DNA of 64,000 nt from Mobula hypostoma (GCF_963921235.1 NC_086097.1:225744001-225808000); one strand, 5' to 3'. Shown: positions 13,101 through 25,309, numbered from the stretch's first letter. The notes: generated from the sequence alone by a model not told the origin. Made by a program: numbers and translations.

Positions 13101-13461
13101 TGCAAATTTTAACAACTTTTCTGAAAAACATATAGTCTGAGCTATATTCCCATCAATTTTCAAAGACAAAGCGTCAATAGTAAGAGAAAGCTACCACTGC
13201 GGCAATGCTATCAGATATTTTCTAGCACTAGGGGTGTATACCTTGCCAAAAATCACTATAAGTATTATTCCCCCCAGATGGTACCAGTGGCCCAAATTTG
13301 GGGTCCTGGCTCAGGGACTAAAAGGCCTACCTCAATAATACGAATCATCTGCATTATACCTTGAGACAATGAATAGACAGGAAATACCTGAACAACCAAA
13401 GCATCTAAAGTGGTTTCCAGGTACAGATAGAAAATAATGGAAATAAACCCTGAGAAAATGT

Positions 13462-14591
13462 AACCAACACACATAAAAGTTGCTGGTAAACGCAGCAGGC
13501 CAGGCAGCCTCTCTAGGAAGAGGTGCAGTCGACGTTTCAGGCCGAGACCCTTCGCCAGGACTAACTGAAGGAAGAGTGAGTAAGGGATTTGAAAGTTGGA
13601 GGGGGAGGGGGAGATCCAAAATGATAGGAGAAGACAGGAGGGGGAGGGATGGAGCCAAGAGCTGGACAGGTGATTGGCAAAAGGGATACGAGAGGATCAT
13701 GGGACAGGAGGTCCGGGAAGAAAGTCAAGGGGGGGGACCCAGAGGATGGGCAACGGGTATATTCAGAGGGACAGAGGGAGAAAAAGGAGAGTGAGAGAAA
13801 GAATGTGTGTATAAAAATAAGTAACAGATGGGGTACGAGGAGGAGGTGGGGCATTAGCGGAAGTTAGAGAAGTCGATGTTCATGCCATCAGGTTGGAGGC
13901 TACCCAGATGGAATATAAGGTGTTGTTCCTCCAACCTGAGTGTGGTTTCATCTTTACAGTAGAGGAGGCTGTGGATAGACATGTCAGAATGGGAATGGAA
14001 TGTGGAATTAAAATGTGTGGCCACTGGGAGATCCTGCTTTCTCTGGCGGACAGAGCGTAGATGTTCAGCAAAGCGGTCTCCCAGTCTGCATCGGGTCTCG
14101 CCAATATATAAAAGGCCACATCGGGAGCACCGGACGCAGTATATCACCCCAGTCGACTCACAGGTGAAGTGTTGCCTCACCTGGAAGGACTGGTTGGGGC
14201 CCTGAATGGTGGTAAGGGAGGAAGTGTAAGGGCATGTGTAGCACTTGTTCCGCTGACACGGATAAGTGCCAGGAGGGAGATCAGTGGGGAGGGATGGGGG
14301 GACAAATGGACAAGGGAGTTGCGTAGGGAGCGATCCCAGCGGAACGCAGAGAGAGTGGGGGAGGGAAAGATGTGCTTAGTGGTGGGATCCCGTTGGAGGT
14401 GATGGAAGTTACGGAGAATAATATGTTGGACCCGGAGGCTGGTGGGGTGGTAGGTGAGGACCAGGGGAACCCTATTCCTAGTGGGGTGGCGGGAGGATGG
14501 AGTGAGAGCAGATGTACGTGAAATGGGGGAGATGCGTTTAAGAGCAGAGTTGATAGTGGAGGAAGGGAAGCCCCTTTATTTAATAAAGGAA
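13462..14591 (-). mobile_element. Penelope-like element, 5'-truncated (GIY-YIG endonuclease plus pLTR)
   Basis: ORF 13854..14180 GVIYCVRCSRCGLLYIGET..RFAEH; near-identical to 58030-59156; 12-bp TSD CTGAGAAAATGT at 13450-13461 and 14592-14603. Confidence 0.92.
13526..13563 (-). ncRNA. Minimal type I hammerhead ribozyme motif, core mutated
   Basis: Minus strand TAGTC-CTGGCGA-AGGGTCTCGGCCT-GAAA-CGTC-GACTG; CUGANGA reads CUGGCGA. Confidence 0.65.
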
Positions 14592-16439
14592 CTGAGAAAA
14601 TGTGTTAAAGTTTTGAATTTGGGGTCTTCATCAGAATTCTAAGAATTCTGCAAATTGACGTGAACCCAAAGTACAAAACATTTTGACTTGGTGCATTCTC
14701 ATCTATCAGTCAAAAATGTTGTGAATTTCAGGACCCATTTAAGTTTGATTCTACAGGCCATTGCAGAATGGCGTTATATTGTGGGACTATGTATGAGTTC
14801 AAGTGCAAATCTGATAACATTAGTCAACACCATTTTCTCTCGATATCTTTTCCAGTGTTTCTGTCTTAGCAACTATCAATATTGTACCTTTTAGTGGAGT
14901 GCACTGGTGTAAATAACATCTGTGTTGGTATTTAAGTAAAACTTTGTTCCCGCACCCTGCTCTATCTATTATCTGCACTGCACTGCATTGTAAGCACTTT
15001 AAACCGGTTTTTATAATGTTTTTTACTTTGTAAATACATGCTGGTATTTATACACATTTTGTTAAGAAATGCAGAGGAGACTTGACCCAAAATCAGAGCA
15101 GTGGAGATGATTTAGCGGTGAGCAACAACTTTAACAAAGACGACAAAATAACAAGCCACGAGGGACCACAAAACGTAAGTGAACAGATACTAAACACCAC
15201 AGGCAATGAGAAAATTGCAGGCTAAGAGCAACTGGTTGAGGCAGCTGATTCGATGAGTGAAGAAGGACTGTGGATGATAACTGGGTTTAAAAAGGCTGCA
15301 GGCGATGAGTTGGAAACAAGCAACGGGAGACTCCTATTAGCTGGGTGGCGACTGGTAGGGTTCCTGCATGTGTAAGCCTGACAGGACCTCCCTCCTATGG
15401 CTGGCCCCAACAGTCTACCACGATCCAAATAGTTCTGGTGCAACTCCGCAACGAGCGATGGATCCAAGTTGTAATTGGACAGCATGCAAGTTCTCTCCTC
15501 TGAGACGTACCCTTCTCAATTGAACAGGTACAGCACACTCTGTCCAGGATGACATGAATCGTTCAAATCGCGAACTGTGTCACAAGATCACACAAGATCA
15601 CAAGACAAAGGAATAGAAGGCGTCCACTGGACCACCTTCCACCATCCTAATCTCCAGAGGTGCAGGCTCAGGTGAGTTGAGTGGTCCATAGCAAACAGGC
15701 TTGAGTCAGAGTACATGGAAGGTAGGTGTGATTGGATTGATGTGATGGGTAATCTTGAAGGAGCTTATGGTAAGAGCTTGTGGGATTCCATGTGCAGGGG
15801 CAGATCCTGAGTGGTTAGCCAGACACGGTCCCCAGATCAGAGTGGGTTTGCTGGGCAGCGATGTTTGTTGGCACACTGGCAGTAGGCACAGATAGCAGCT
15901 AGAATGGCCCTCCATATCCTCTTCAAAGCATTCCGGCATCAGCGAACCAGGGCCCTGATGGACGGGACTTCCTCCATGGGCTTCTCTGTGGGAAATAGTA
16001 GGGGTTGGTAGCCAAGAATCACTTCAAAGTTCGAAGGCAACTGAGGTTGCAGGCAGATGGGTTCCCATCCCAGCAGTGACCCAGATGACCAGGTGAAGTA
16101 AGGCTCAGAACTGGAGTGCCAGGGGTAATCCAAGATGAGGAGAGTGTTGGGTGAGTCGATCAGGAGAAATTGGATGGACTTGCGGTGCTCTCTGATGGTC
16201 ATGTACACAGGCTGTGTGTGTGTGTGCTGTGGTCATCCTCAACCCCAACGGATGTCCAACAATGGCTATGATGTAGAAGAGATGAGAGATGAGCTTGGTA
16301 GGGAGTCCAAGTTGCACACACAGAGTCTGGTCCAGAAAGTTATCTGCCACCTTGCAATCCAACTGAGCCTGCTGTATGTGAAGAGCTGTTGGGGTGTGGA
16401 GAAGGACAGAGAGAGAAATCTGAAGTGTGGTGCTGGAAC

Positions 16440-19075
16440 GAGATAAAGGGCCCAAAACTGTGCTCAATATTCCAAATGAGGCCTCACTGGTGCTTTATAA
16501 GGTCTCAACATTTCAACCTTGCTTTTATATTCTAGTCCTATTGAAATGAATGTTAACATTGCATTTGTCTTCCTCACCTCAGTCTCAATCTGCAAATTAA
16601 ACTTTAGGAATCCTGCACAAGGACTTCCAAGTTACTATGCACTTCTGTTCTTTTTGTATTTTCTCTCCAATTAGAAAATAGTCAACCCTTTCATTTCTTC
16701 TACCAAAATGCATGACCTTACACTTCACAACACTGTATTCCATCTGCCATTTCTTTGCCCATTCTTCTAATCTATCCAAGTCCTTCTATAGCCTCTCTAC
16801 TTCCTCAAAACTACCTGCCCCTCCGGCTGTCTTCATATCATCTGCAAACTTGGCCACAAAGCCATCAATTCCATCGTCCAAATTATTGACATATAACAAA
16901 GAAAGAATTGGTTCCAACACAGATCCCTGTGGACCACCACTAGTCACCAGCAGTCAATCAGAAAAGGCTCCTTTTATTCATACTGTTTGCCCCCTGCCAA
17001 TCAGCCAAACCATTATCCATGCTAAAATCTTTCCTGTAATACCATGGGCTCTTAACTTGTTAAACAGCCTCATGTGTGGCACCTTGCCAAAGGCCTTCTG
17101 AAAATCCAAGTACACAACATCAGCCGGTTCTCCTTTAATTCCAGCAGATTTTTCAGGCAAGATTTTCCCTGGAGAAAACCATGCTGACTATTTTATCATG
17201 TGCCTACCAGTACCCTGAGACCTCATCCTTAATAATTAACTGTGTGGATAGTCAAAGGCTTTTTCCCAGGGCTGAAATGGTTGCCACAAGAGGACACAGG
17301 TTTAAGGTGCTGGGGAGTAGGTACAGAGGAGATGTCGGGGGTAAGCTTTTTACGCAGAGAGTGGTAAGTGTGTGGAATGGGCTGCCAGCAATGGTGGTGG
17401 AGGCGGATACGATAGGGTCTTTTAAGAGACTTTTAGATAGGTACATGGAACTAAGTAAAACAGCGGGAATATCCACTCTTGCCTCTCTTTTACAGTTTAT
17501 GAAGAAACTTTTGGAATCCTCTTTAATATTATTGGCTAGCTTACTTTTGTATTCTATCTTTACCTTAATAACTCTTTTGGTTGACTTTTGTTGGTCTTTA
17601 AAAGCTTAACAATCCTCTAACTTCCCATGATTTTTTGCTTTATTATATGTCCTCTTGTTGGCTTTTACGTTGGCTTTGACTTTTCTTGTTAGCCAATGTT
17701 GTGTCACCTTTCCTTTAAAATTCTTCTTCCTCTTTGGGATGTATATATCCTCTGCCTTCCAAATTGTTTGCAGAAATTCCAGCCATTGCTGCTCTGCCAT
17801 CATCCCTGCCAGTACTCTTTTCCAGTCAATTCTGGCTAACTCCTCCTTCATGCCTCTAATTCCCTTTACTTCACTGTAATACTGATATATCTGTCTTTAG
17901 CTTCTCCTTCTCAAAGTTCAGTGTGAATTTGATCTTAAGGGTTGTTTTTCCTTAAGCTCTTGAATCAATTCTGTGTCATTGCACAACACCCAATTCAAAT
18001 TGCTCAGCCACGAGCTAGTCTAAAAAGCCATCTCATAGGCACTCTAGAAATTCCCACTCCAGAAATCCAGCACCAGCCTGATTTTGCCAATCTACCTGCA
18101 TACTGAAATCCTCCATGACTATTGTAACATTGCCATTTTGGGATGCATTTTTAACCTCCCATTGTAATTTGTTGGCCAAGTCCTTACTGCTGTTTTGGGG
18201 TCTGTAATATACGGTTACCCACATCAGGGTCTTTATACTCCAGCAGTTCCTTAGCTCTATCCACAATGATTCAACACCTTCCAACCCTATGTCACCTCTT
18301 TCTAATTAGATTTCATTTTTTTTCTCACAGGGCAACACCCACCACCTCTGCCTTCCTGCCTATCCTTTCAATGCAATGTGAATCCTTAGACATTAAGCAC
18401 CCAACTATAATCTTCTTTCAGCCATGATTCAGTGATGCCTACAAAATCGTACCTACCAATCTGCAACTGCGCTGCAAGTTAATCTCCCTTATTCCATGTA
18501 CAGCATGCATTCAAATATAATATTATCAGTCCTGTATTTATCCTTCTTGATTTTGTCCACCTTCTACGTTGCAACTCATGCTGTTGACTGCAATTTTTTC
18601 CCTATCAACAGGGTCTCCTGACTACACATTGCCTCTGTTTGTAAACCAGCAACCTCACCTTCAGCACTATAACCTATCTGCCTTTCCTACTTTAGTTCTT
18701 GCGTTGAAATATGTGCAGGTGAGCACACTAGTCGCAACACACTCAACCTCTTGAATTCCTAACTTTGAGGTTTTACCAACATCTGCCTCCACAACCTCTC
18801 CACTTATTGTTCTGGTACTTTGGTTCCCATTCCACTGCAACTCAAATTTAAATCCCACTGTGCAGCATTAACAAAGCTTCCTGCTCAGATATTTGTCCCC
18901 TTCCAGTTCAGGCGCAAACTGTCTCTTCCGTATAAGTTCCATATTCCCTGGAAGGGAACCCAATGATCCAAAAATCTTATGCCCTCCCTCCTACGCCAAC
19001 TCCTTAGCCAGGTAAGGAGTTGGACCTGTATAATCTTCCTCTGGCCTCATTAACATATGGCATGATTCTGAGATC
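16440..19075 (-). mobile_element. CR1 LINE fragment nested in the chromovirus
   Basis: EN and RT remnants: VESLWIELRN..YRPQNS, EELARIDWK, DVVYLDFQKAFGKVPH, DRLEEWAKKWQME. Confidence 0.85.
17239..17460 (+). mobile_element. CR1 3' fragment nested in opposite orientation
   Basis: VDSQRLFPRAEMVATRGHRFKVLGSRYRGD..FKRLLDRYME interrupts the minus-strand CR1. Confidence 0.8.
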
Positions 19076-19715
19076 ACAACCCTGTTGTGATCCACTGCCT
19101 CCCGGAGGGTCGAACACTTGGTACATCTTAGCGGCAAAATCTTCATATCTGTTGCAACTGGTGGTTTTATTTTCCCAGTTAGTGATGGCCCAGGTCAGAG
19201 ATCATCCAGACAAGTAAGAAATGAGCACGCAATCTTGGCTTGGTCTATAGAATATAGAGATGGCTGGAGTTTGAAGAGGAAGACGCACTAGGATAGAAAG
19301 CTGTGACACCGGTTTGGAGATCCATCAAAGCATTTGGGCACCAGAGTCTGGGGCTCTGAGGGAGGAGGTTGACTGGTGCTGATCCCATGATGAAATGATG
19401 AACAGATGATCAATGGTTTCCTGCTGCTTCTCGATCGTGTGCTCATGTCAGTAGGCGACTTTCTTCAGTGAGCATTTTATGTCAGGTCAATCGATGGTTC
19501 ACTCATCCTATGAGGAAATATAAAAGAGACTTGACCCGAAAGCAGAGCAGCAGAGACAATTTTGCAGTGAGAAATAACTTTAATAATAGACTTCAAAATA
19601 ACAAGCCATGAAGACCACAGAATAAGAAAGAACAGGTACTAAAGACAACGGGCAACAAGGTAACTGAAGGTTTGGAGCAACTTGTTGAGGCTGGCTGGTT
19701 TAATGGGTGAACTAG

Positions 19716-19891
19716 TGTGAACACTCAAACAACTAAGACAAGATTTTCTTTTATTTTAACAACTCCAAACTAGTTCAGTACATAAAGGCTGTCATCTTCT
19801 TATTTACAATTCCCTTCCACTGCTCGAACATAACATGGAAAGTGGCATGCCAATTAAGTGCTTACACAGACCAAATGAACAGAACTCAACA
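19716..19891 (-). mobile_element. Probable short solo LTR inserted in the chromovirus 5' LTR
   Basis: 176-bp segment absent from the sister LTR; TG..CA ends; flanked by CTAG/CAAG (imperfect 4-bp TSD); minus-strand AATAAA. Confidence 0.55.
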
Positions 19892-20188
19892 CAAGGACTG
19901 TAGATGAGAACTGGGGCTAAATAGGCTGCAGGTGATGAGCTAGAAACAAGTGACAGGAGACTCCTATTAGCTCAGTGCAGACAAGGAGGTGCCTACATGT
20001 GCAGGCCTGAGACATTTACTCCATATCCATTATAATTGTTAAATGTTTTTTTGTAGCATGCTGTGCCAACACACCGCAACAAATTCCTAATACATGTAAA
20101 TGTATATGGCAAATAAAGTTTATCCCTTATCCTATGAGGAAATATAAAAGAGACTTAACCTAAAAGCAGAGCAGCAGAGACAATTTTG

Positions 20189-22446
20189 ATAAGTTTTAAT
20201 CCACAATTTGAGAGGGAGAAGGGAAGATCGGAAGTGTCAGTATTACAGTTGAATAAACGGGACTATGGACCCATGAGGGAGGAGCTGGCCAAAGTTGACT
20301 GGAAAGGTACCCTAGCAGGGATGACAGTGGAGCAACAATGGCAGGTATTTCTGGGAATAATGCGGAAGGTGCAGGATCAGTTCATTCCAAAGAGGAAGAA
20401 AGATTCTAAGCGGAGTAAGGGGCGACCATGGATGACAAGAGAAGTCAAGGACAGTATAAAAATAAAAGAGAGGAAGTATAACATAGCAAGGATGAGCGGA
20501 AAGCCAGAGGATTGGGAGACTTTTAAGGAGCAATAGAAGGCAATACGGGGGGAAAAGATGAGGTACAAAGGTAAGCTAGCCAAGGATTTAAGGAGGATAG
20601 TAAAAGCTTCTTTAGGTATGTGAAGAGGAAAAAATTAGTTAAGACCAAAGTTGGGCCCTTGAAGCTAGAAACGGGTGAAATTATTATGGGGAACAAGAAA
20701 ATGGCAGACAAGCTGCACAAGTACTTTGGATTTGTCTTCACTATGGAAGACACAAACAATCTCCCAGATGTAATAGTGGCCAGAGGACCTAGGGTAACAG
20801 TGGAACTGAAGGAAATTTGCATCAGGCAGAAAATGGTGTCCGGTAAATTGATGGGACTGAAGGCTGATAAATCCCCAGGGCCTGATGGTCTGCATCCCAG
20901 GGTAATTAAGGAGGTGGCTCGAGAAATCGTGAATGCATTGGTAATCATTTTCCAATGTTCGATAGATTCAGGATCAGTTCCTGCGGATTGGAGGGTAGCT
21001 AATGTTATCGCACTTTTTAAGAAAGGAAGGAGAGAGAAAACAGTCAATTATAGACCAGTTAGTCTGACATCAGTGATGGGGAAGATGCTGGAATCAATTA
21101 TAAAAGATGAAATAGTGGCATATTTGGATAGCAGTAGCAGGATAGGTCCGAGTCAGCATGGATTTACGAAGGGGAAATCATGCTTGATTAAACTTCTGGA
21201 ATTTTTTGAGAATATAAAATGGACATGGGAAAGCCAGTGGATGTAGTGTACCTGGACTTTCAGAAAACTTTTGATAAGGACCTACATAGGAGGTTAGTGT
21301 GCAAAATTAGAGCAAATGGTATTGGGGGTAGGGTACTGACATGGATAGAAAATTGGTTGGCAGACAGGAATCAAAGAGTAGGGATTAATGGGTCCTTTTC
21401 AGAATGGCAAGCAGTGACTAGTGGGGTACCGCAAGGCTCGGTGCTGGGACCGCAACTATTTACAATATACATTAATGATTTAGATGAAGGGATTAAAAAT
21501 AACATTAGCAAATTTGCAGATGACGCAAAGCTGGGTGGCTGTGTGAAATGTGAGAAGGATGTTATGAGAATGCAGGGTGACCTGGACAGGTTGGGTGAGT
21601 GGGCAAATACATGGCAGATGCAGTTTAATGTGGATAAATGTGAGGTTATCCACTTTGGTGGCAAGAACAGGAAGGCAGATTACTATCTGAATGGTGTCAA
21701 GTTAGGAAAAGGGGAAGTACAACGAGATCTAGGTGTCCTTATTCATCAGTCACTGAAAGTAAGCATGCAGGTACATCAGGCAGTGAAGAAAGCTAATGGC
21801 ATGTTGGCCTTCTTAACAAGGGGAGTTGAGTATAGGAGCAAAGAGGTCCTTCTGCAGCTGTACAGGGCCCTGGTGAGACCACACCTGGAGTATTGTGTAC
21901 AGTTTTGGTCTCCAAATTTGAGGAAGGACATTCTAGCTATTGAGTGAGTGCAGCGTAGGTTCACGAGGTTAATTCCCGGGATGGCGGGACTGTCATATGT
22001 TGAAAGATTGGAGTGACTGGGCTTGTATACACTGGAATTTAGAAGGATGTGAGGGGATCTGATTGAAACATATAAGATTATTAAGGGATTGGACACGCTA
22101 GAAACAGGAAACATGTTCCCGATGTTGGGTGAGTCCAGAACCAGAGGCCACAGTTTAAAAATAAGGGGTAGACAATTTAGAACGGAGTTGAGGAAAAATT
22201 TTTCACACAGAGGGTTGTGGTTCTGTGGAATGCTGTGCCTCAGAAGGCAGTGGAGGCCAATTCTCTGGAGTCTTTCAAGAAAGAGTTAGATAGAGCTCTG
22301 AAAAATAGCGGAGTCAAGGGATATGGGGAGAAGGTGGGAAAAGAGTACTGATTGTGGATGATCAGCCATGATCACAGCGAATGGCGGTGCTGGCTCGAAG
22401 GGCTGAATAGCCTACTCCTGCACCTAATGTCTATTGTCTATTGTCT
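20189..22446 (+). mobile_element. CR1 LINE, 5'-truncated, relatively young
   Basis: ORFs 20186..20536, 20620..21246 and 21219..21947 (KSPGPDG, GVPQGSVLGP, KFADD); (TATTGTC)n tail; candidate TSD TATCCT at 20128-20133 and 22446-22451. Confidence 0.92.
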
Positions 22447-23029
22447 ATCCTTGATCTTAGTGCAAGGCGCTTCCTGAAGAGTTTCACCTGGCCCATGATT
22501 TAAGTCAAGATTATGGCAAAAGGAACTATTAATTATGGCAACCAACCTCAGAGTGATTGGCTGAGGATTGGAACATTATAGCCAACACAGAAACATGGCT
22601 GACAGAAGGGCAGAACTAGTAGCTCAGTTTTCCTGTATATGGACACTACAGGCATGACAGAGGTACAGGTAAGTGAGGAATGAGTGTGACCAGCCTGATA
22701 GGGGAGGATGTAACAGCAATACTTGGAGATGACATTTTGGGGGGATTGTCTAATAAGACCATATGGGTAGAACTTTGAATTAAGAAAGTGAGGGTCACTC
22801 CAGCAGGGCTACATTATAGACCCCTCAATTGCAGAGGCCCTTGTGGAGATATTTGCTTCATCATTCGGCATTGATGAAGTTCCCATGACTAGACGGTGGC
22901 TAATGTTGTTCAATTGTTTAAAAAGAGTAGCAGGATGAAGCCAGGGATCTACAGACAGGCCAGCCTGACATCGGTAGTGATGAAATTGCTGGAGGGAATT
23001 ATGAGGTAAGGATCCAGCAGCATTTAGAT

Positions 23030-23092
23030 CAGGGGTTTCGTGGATCCCAGCATTAGCCGAACGGTCCGTAGACCGCAGATTGGGAACCCCTG
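23030..23092. mobile_element. 63-bp hAT (Charlie-type) micro-MITE
   Basis: CAGGGGTT..AACCCCTG termini; 8-bp TSD ATTTAGAT/ATTTAGAC (23022-23029, 23093-23100) with central TA. Confidence 0.85.
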
Positions 23093-23796
23093 ATTTAGAC
23101 GGAAGGAATTTATTCAGAAGGAAGCAGAATGGCTTGATAAATATTTTAGTGTTTTTTGAAGAAGTAACCAAGAAGATAGCAGATGGTAGAGCAATTGTCT
23201 TGTTTGACTTTAGCAAGGCCTTCAACAACTCATTGTAAGTTGGTCCAGAAAGTTAGGTCTCATAGAATCCAGAAAGAGATAGATTAGTGGGCTCAAATTT
23301 AACTCGGAGGTAGGAAGCAGAAGGTGGTGGTTGAAAGCTGATCGTCAGAATGGATGCCAGTGATTAGTGATCTGCTGCAGGAGTTGGTGTTTGGATCCTT
23401 GTTATTCCTTATTTACATAAATGTGAATGGACAAGTTTGATCCGTAAGTTTGTGAATGACATGAAATTAGGAGGGGTTGTTGACAGTCAAGAAGGTTATT
23501 CTAGATTATAAGGAGAAGTTAGGGAAGTGGGCCAAAGATTAGCAAATTAATTTCAATACAAGTAACTAAGAGGTGATGCATTTTGGAAAGTCAAAACCAG
23601 TGTAGGAGTGTACCATGAATGGTAGGGTACTAGGGTGAGTAATGGAACAGAGAGACTTAGGAGCACAAGTACATAGTTCATTGAAAGCGGCCCCACAGGT
23701 AGACAGGGTGGTGAAGCCATCATGCATTGTCATGCTGTCCTTCATCAGTCAGGGCATGGCACTGAGTACAGGAGTTGGGACATTCTGTACATTTTT

Positions 23797-24066
23797 ATGC
23801 ATTTTATTTTAATGAGATACAGCGCAGAATAGACCTTTCCGGCCCTTCGAGTCATGCTGCCCAGAGAAATACCAGATGGAGTTTAACCCAGAAAAATATG
23901 ATTAATCCTTGCCTAATCCAGCAGGGGAGGGGGGGACTGGAGCACCCAAAGGAAACCCACACAGTCACGGGAAGAACATACAAACTCTTTACAGGCAGTG
24001 GTGGGAATTGAACACAGGTCGCTGGTACTGTGAGGTATTGTGCTAACCGCTGTGCTACCGTGCCGC
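23797..24066 (-). mobile_element. tRNA-derived SINE
   Basis: Minus strand GGCACGGTAGCACAGCGGTTAGC (A box-like) .. GTTCAATTCCC (B box-like); A-rich 3' end; similar copies elsewhere in the window. Confidence 0.8.
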
Positions 24067-24431
24067 TCCACCGTGAGGTCACACTTGTAGTACTGTGTAC
24101 AGTTTTGGTCACCCTATTGTATGAAAGATGTGGGTAAACTAGACAGAGTGTAGAAAAGATTTACAAAGAGATTGCAAGGACGAGAGGGGGTGAGTTATAT
24201 GAAAAGTTTGGCCAAGCTACGTCTTTATTCCTTGGGTAAGGGAGAACAAAACGAGGGGCCATAGATTTATGGTCAAAGTGGAAAGATTTGAAAGGGGCCT
24301 CAGGGATAACTTTTTCATGCAGAGTGTTGCTATGTGGAATGAGCAGCCAGAGAAAGTTAATGAGCAGGTACAATAGTATCACTTACAAAGCAATTGGTTA
24401 GATTTATGGATGGACAGGACATTGAACATAG

Positions 24432-25127
24432 TTGTGAAAACAGGAGAGGAGAAGATGGCGACACAACGCAGCTCGCAGCAGCCATTCCGGTGATGATGTC
24501 TGTTATTTATCAAGTAGGGTGCCGTGCACAATCCTGATTTGATGGAGATGGACGTGAGAGCACGGAGGAACATCTGGTGAAGCTTCTGAAATGCCTGCTT
24601 CACTGCTGCTGCTACTGTGTGGTCCGAAATCTCTGGAGGGGAAGGCCCCGAGTCCTCGGCTTTCCTTGTTGCTTGGCAGCCAGGGCGGGGTCAAAGTGCT
24701 CGGCAGAGGATGATCCTCGGTGCTCGGTGTCGGAGGGCTGGTCGGAGGCTCAAAGTTTTCGGACGGACTCAGACTCCGCTGCGGTCGGGTGCTTCCAACG
24801 GTGCTGCATCGGCAAGTTTTGTGGCACTTGGAGGTTCATGGCAGGGAGAGTTTCATCCGTTCTACCATCTGCGTGAGACGATGAGGCTATCGGGACTTTG
24901 AGACCTTTTTTTCCGTGCCCATGGTCTGCTCTTTATCAAATTACGGTATTGCTTTGCACTGTTGTAACTATATGTTATAAGTATGTGGTTTTGTCAGTTT
25001 TAGTCTTGGTTTGTCCTGTGTTCCTGTGATATCACTCCAGAGGAACATTGTATCATTTTTTAATGCATGCATTTCTAAATGACAATAAACGAGGACTGAG
25101 TGTCCTCATAATCTAATCATAATCTAA
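24432..25127 (+). mobile_element. Non-autonomous retroposon (probably Rex1-mobilised)
   Basis: CpG-rich head with AAGATGGCG, no RT-like coding, 3' end GACAATAAA plus (TAATC)n tail like Rex1 3' ends; interrupts a CR1 3' end. Confidence 0.55.
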
Positions 25128-25309
25128 TAGAGAGATATATGCTGTATGCAGAAAATTGGGACTAACTGAGTTGACACCATGATCGGCGTGGAATTGTTGG
25201 GCCAAAGTCTCAATACCTGTGGTGTATTGCTCCATAAGTCAATGACCTATAGAAAATAATAATTCTAGTCCACTTCAGAGTATCACCAAGTTCTCCTGAG
25301 AGACCTGGA

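Larger units (their letters stand above)
10574..13320 (-). mobile_element. Academ (AcademX-type) DNA transposon, internally deleted
   Basis: About 100-bp imperfect TIRs: left CAGTCCGTGAGCCAG..GGTACCATCTGAGGGGAATAA..TGATTTTTGGCAAGGTACAC; right (reverse complement) TAGTCCCTGAGCCAG..GGTACCATCTGGGGGGAATAA..TGATTTTTGGCAAGGTATAC. YR termini and a 3-bp TSD AAA (10571-10573, 13321-13323). Confidence 0.75.
15060..20012 (-). mobile_element. Gypsy chromovirus (sushi-like) LTR element, internally deleted
   Basis: Diverged LTRs 15060-15383 and 19509-20012; 5-bp TSD CATTT at 15055-15059 and 20013-20017; PPT next to 15384; gag remnant PKCFDGSPNRCHSFLS*CVFLFKLQP (about 19260-19360); protease-like remnant (16100-16400); chromodomain remnant YLFN*EGYVSEERTCM..LDPSL (15450-15540). 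Confidence 0.8.
22500..25250 (+). mobile_element. Old, heavily decayed CR1 LINE hosting later insertions
   Basis: Discontinuous EN/RT remnants (FFEEVTKKI, DFSKAF, TVQFWSPY) interrupted by a MITE, a SINE and a non-autonomous element. Confidence 0.7.

Noticed and set aside
23990..24066. tRNA gene
   Set aside because: The A/B box-like head continues into a repeated SINE body; no convincing cloverleaf.
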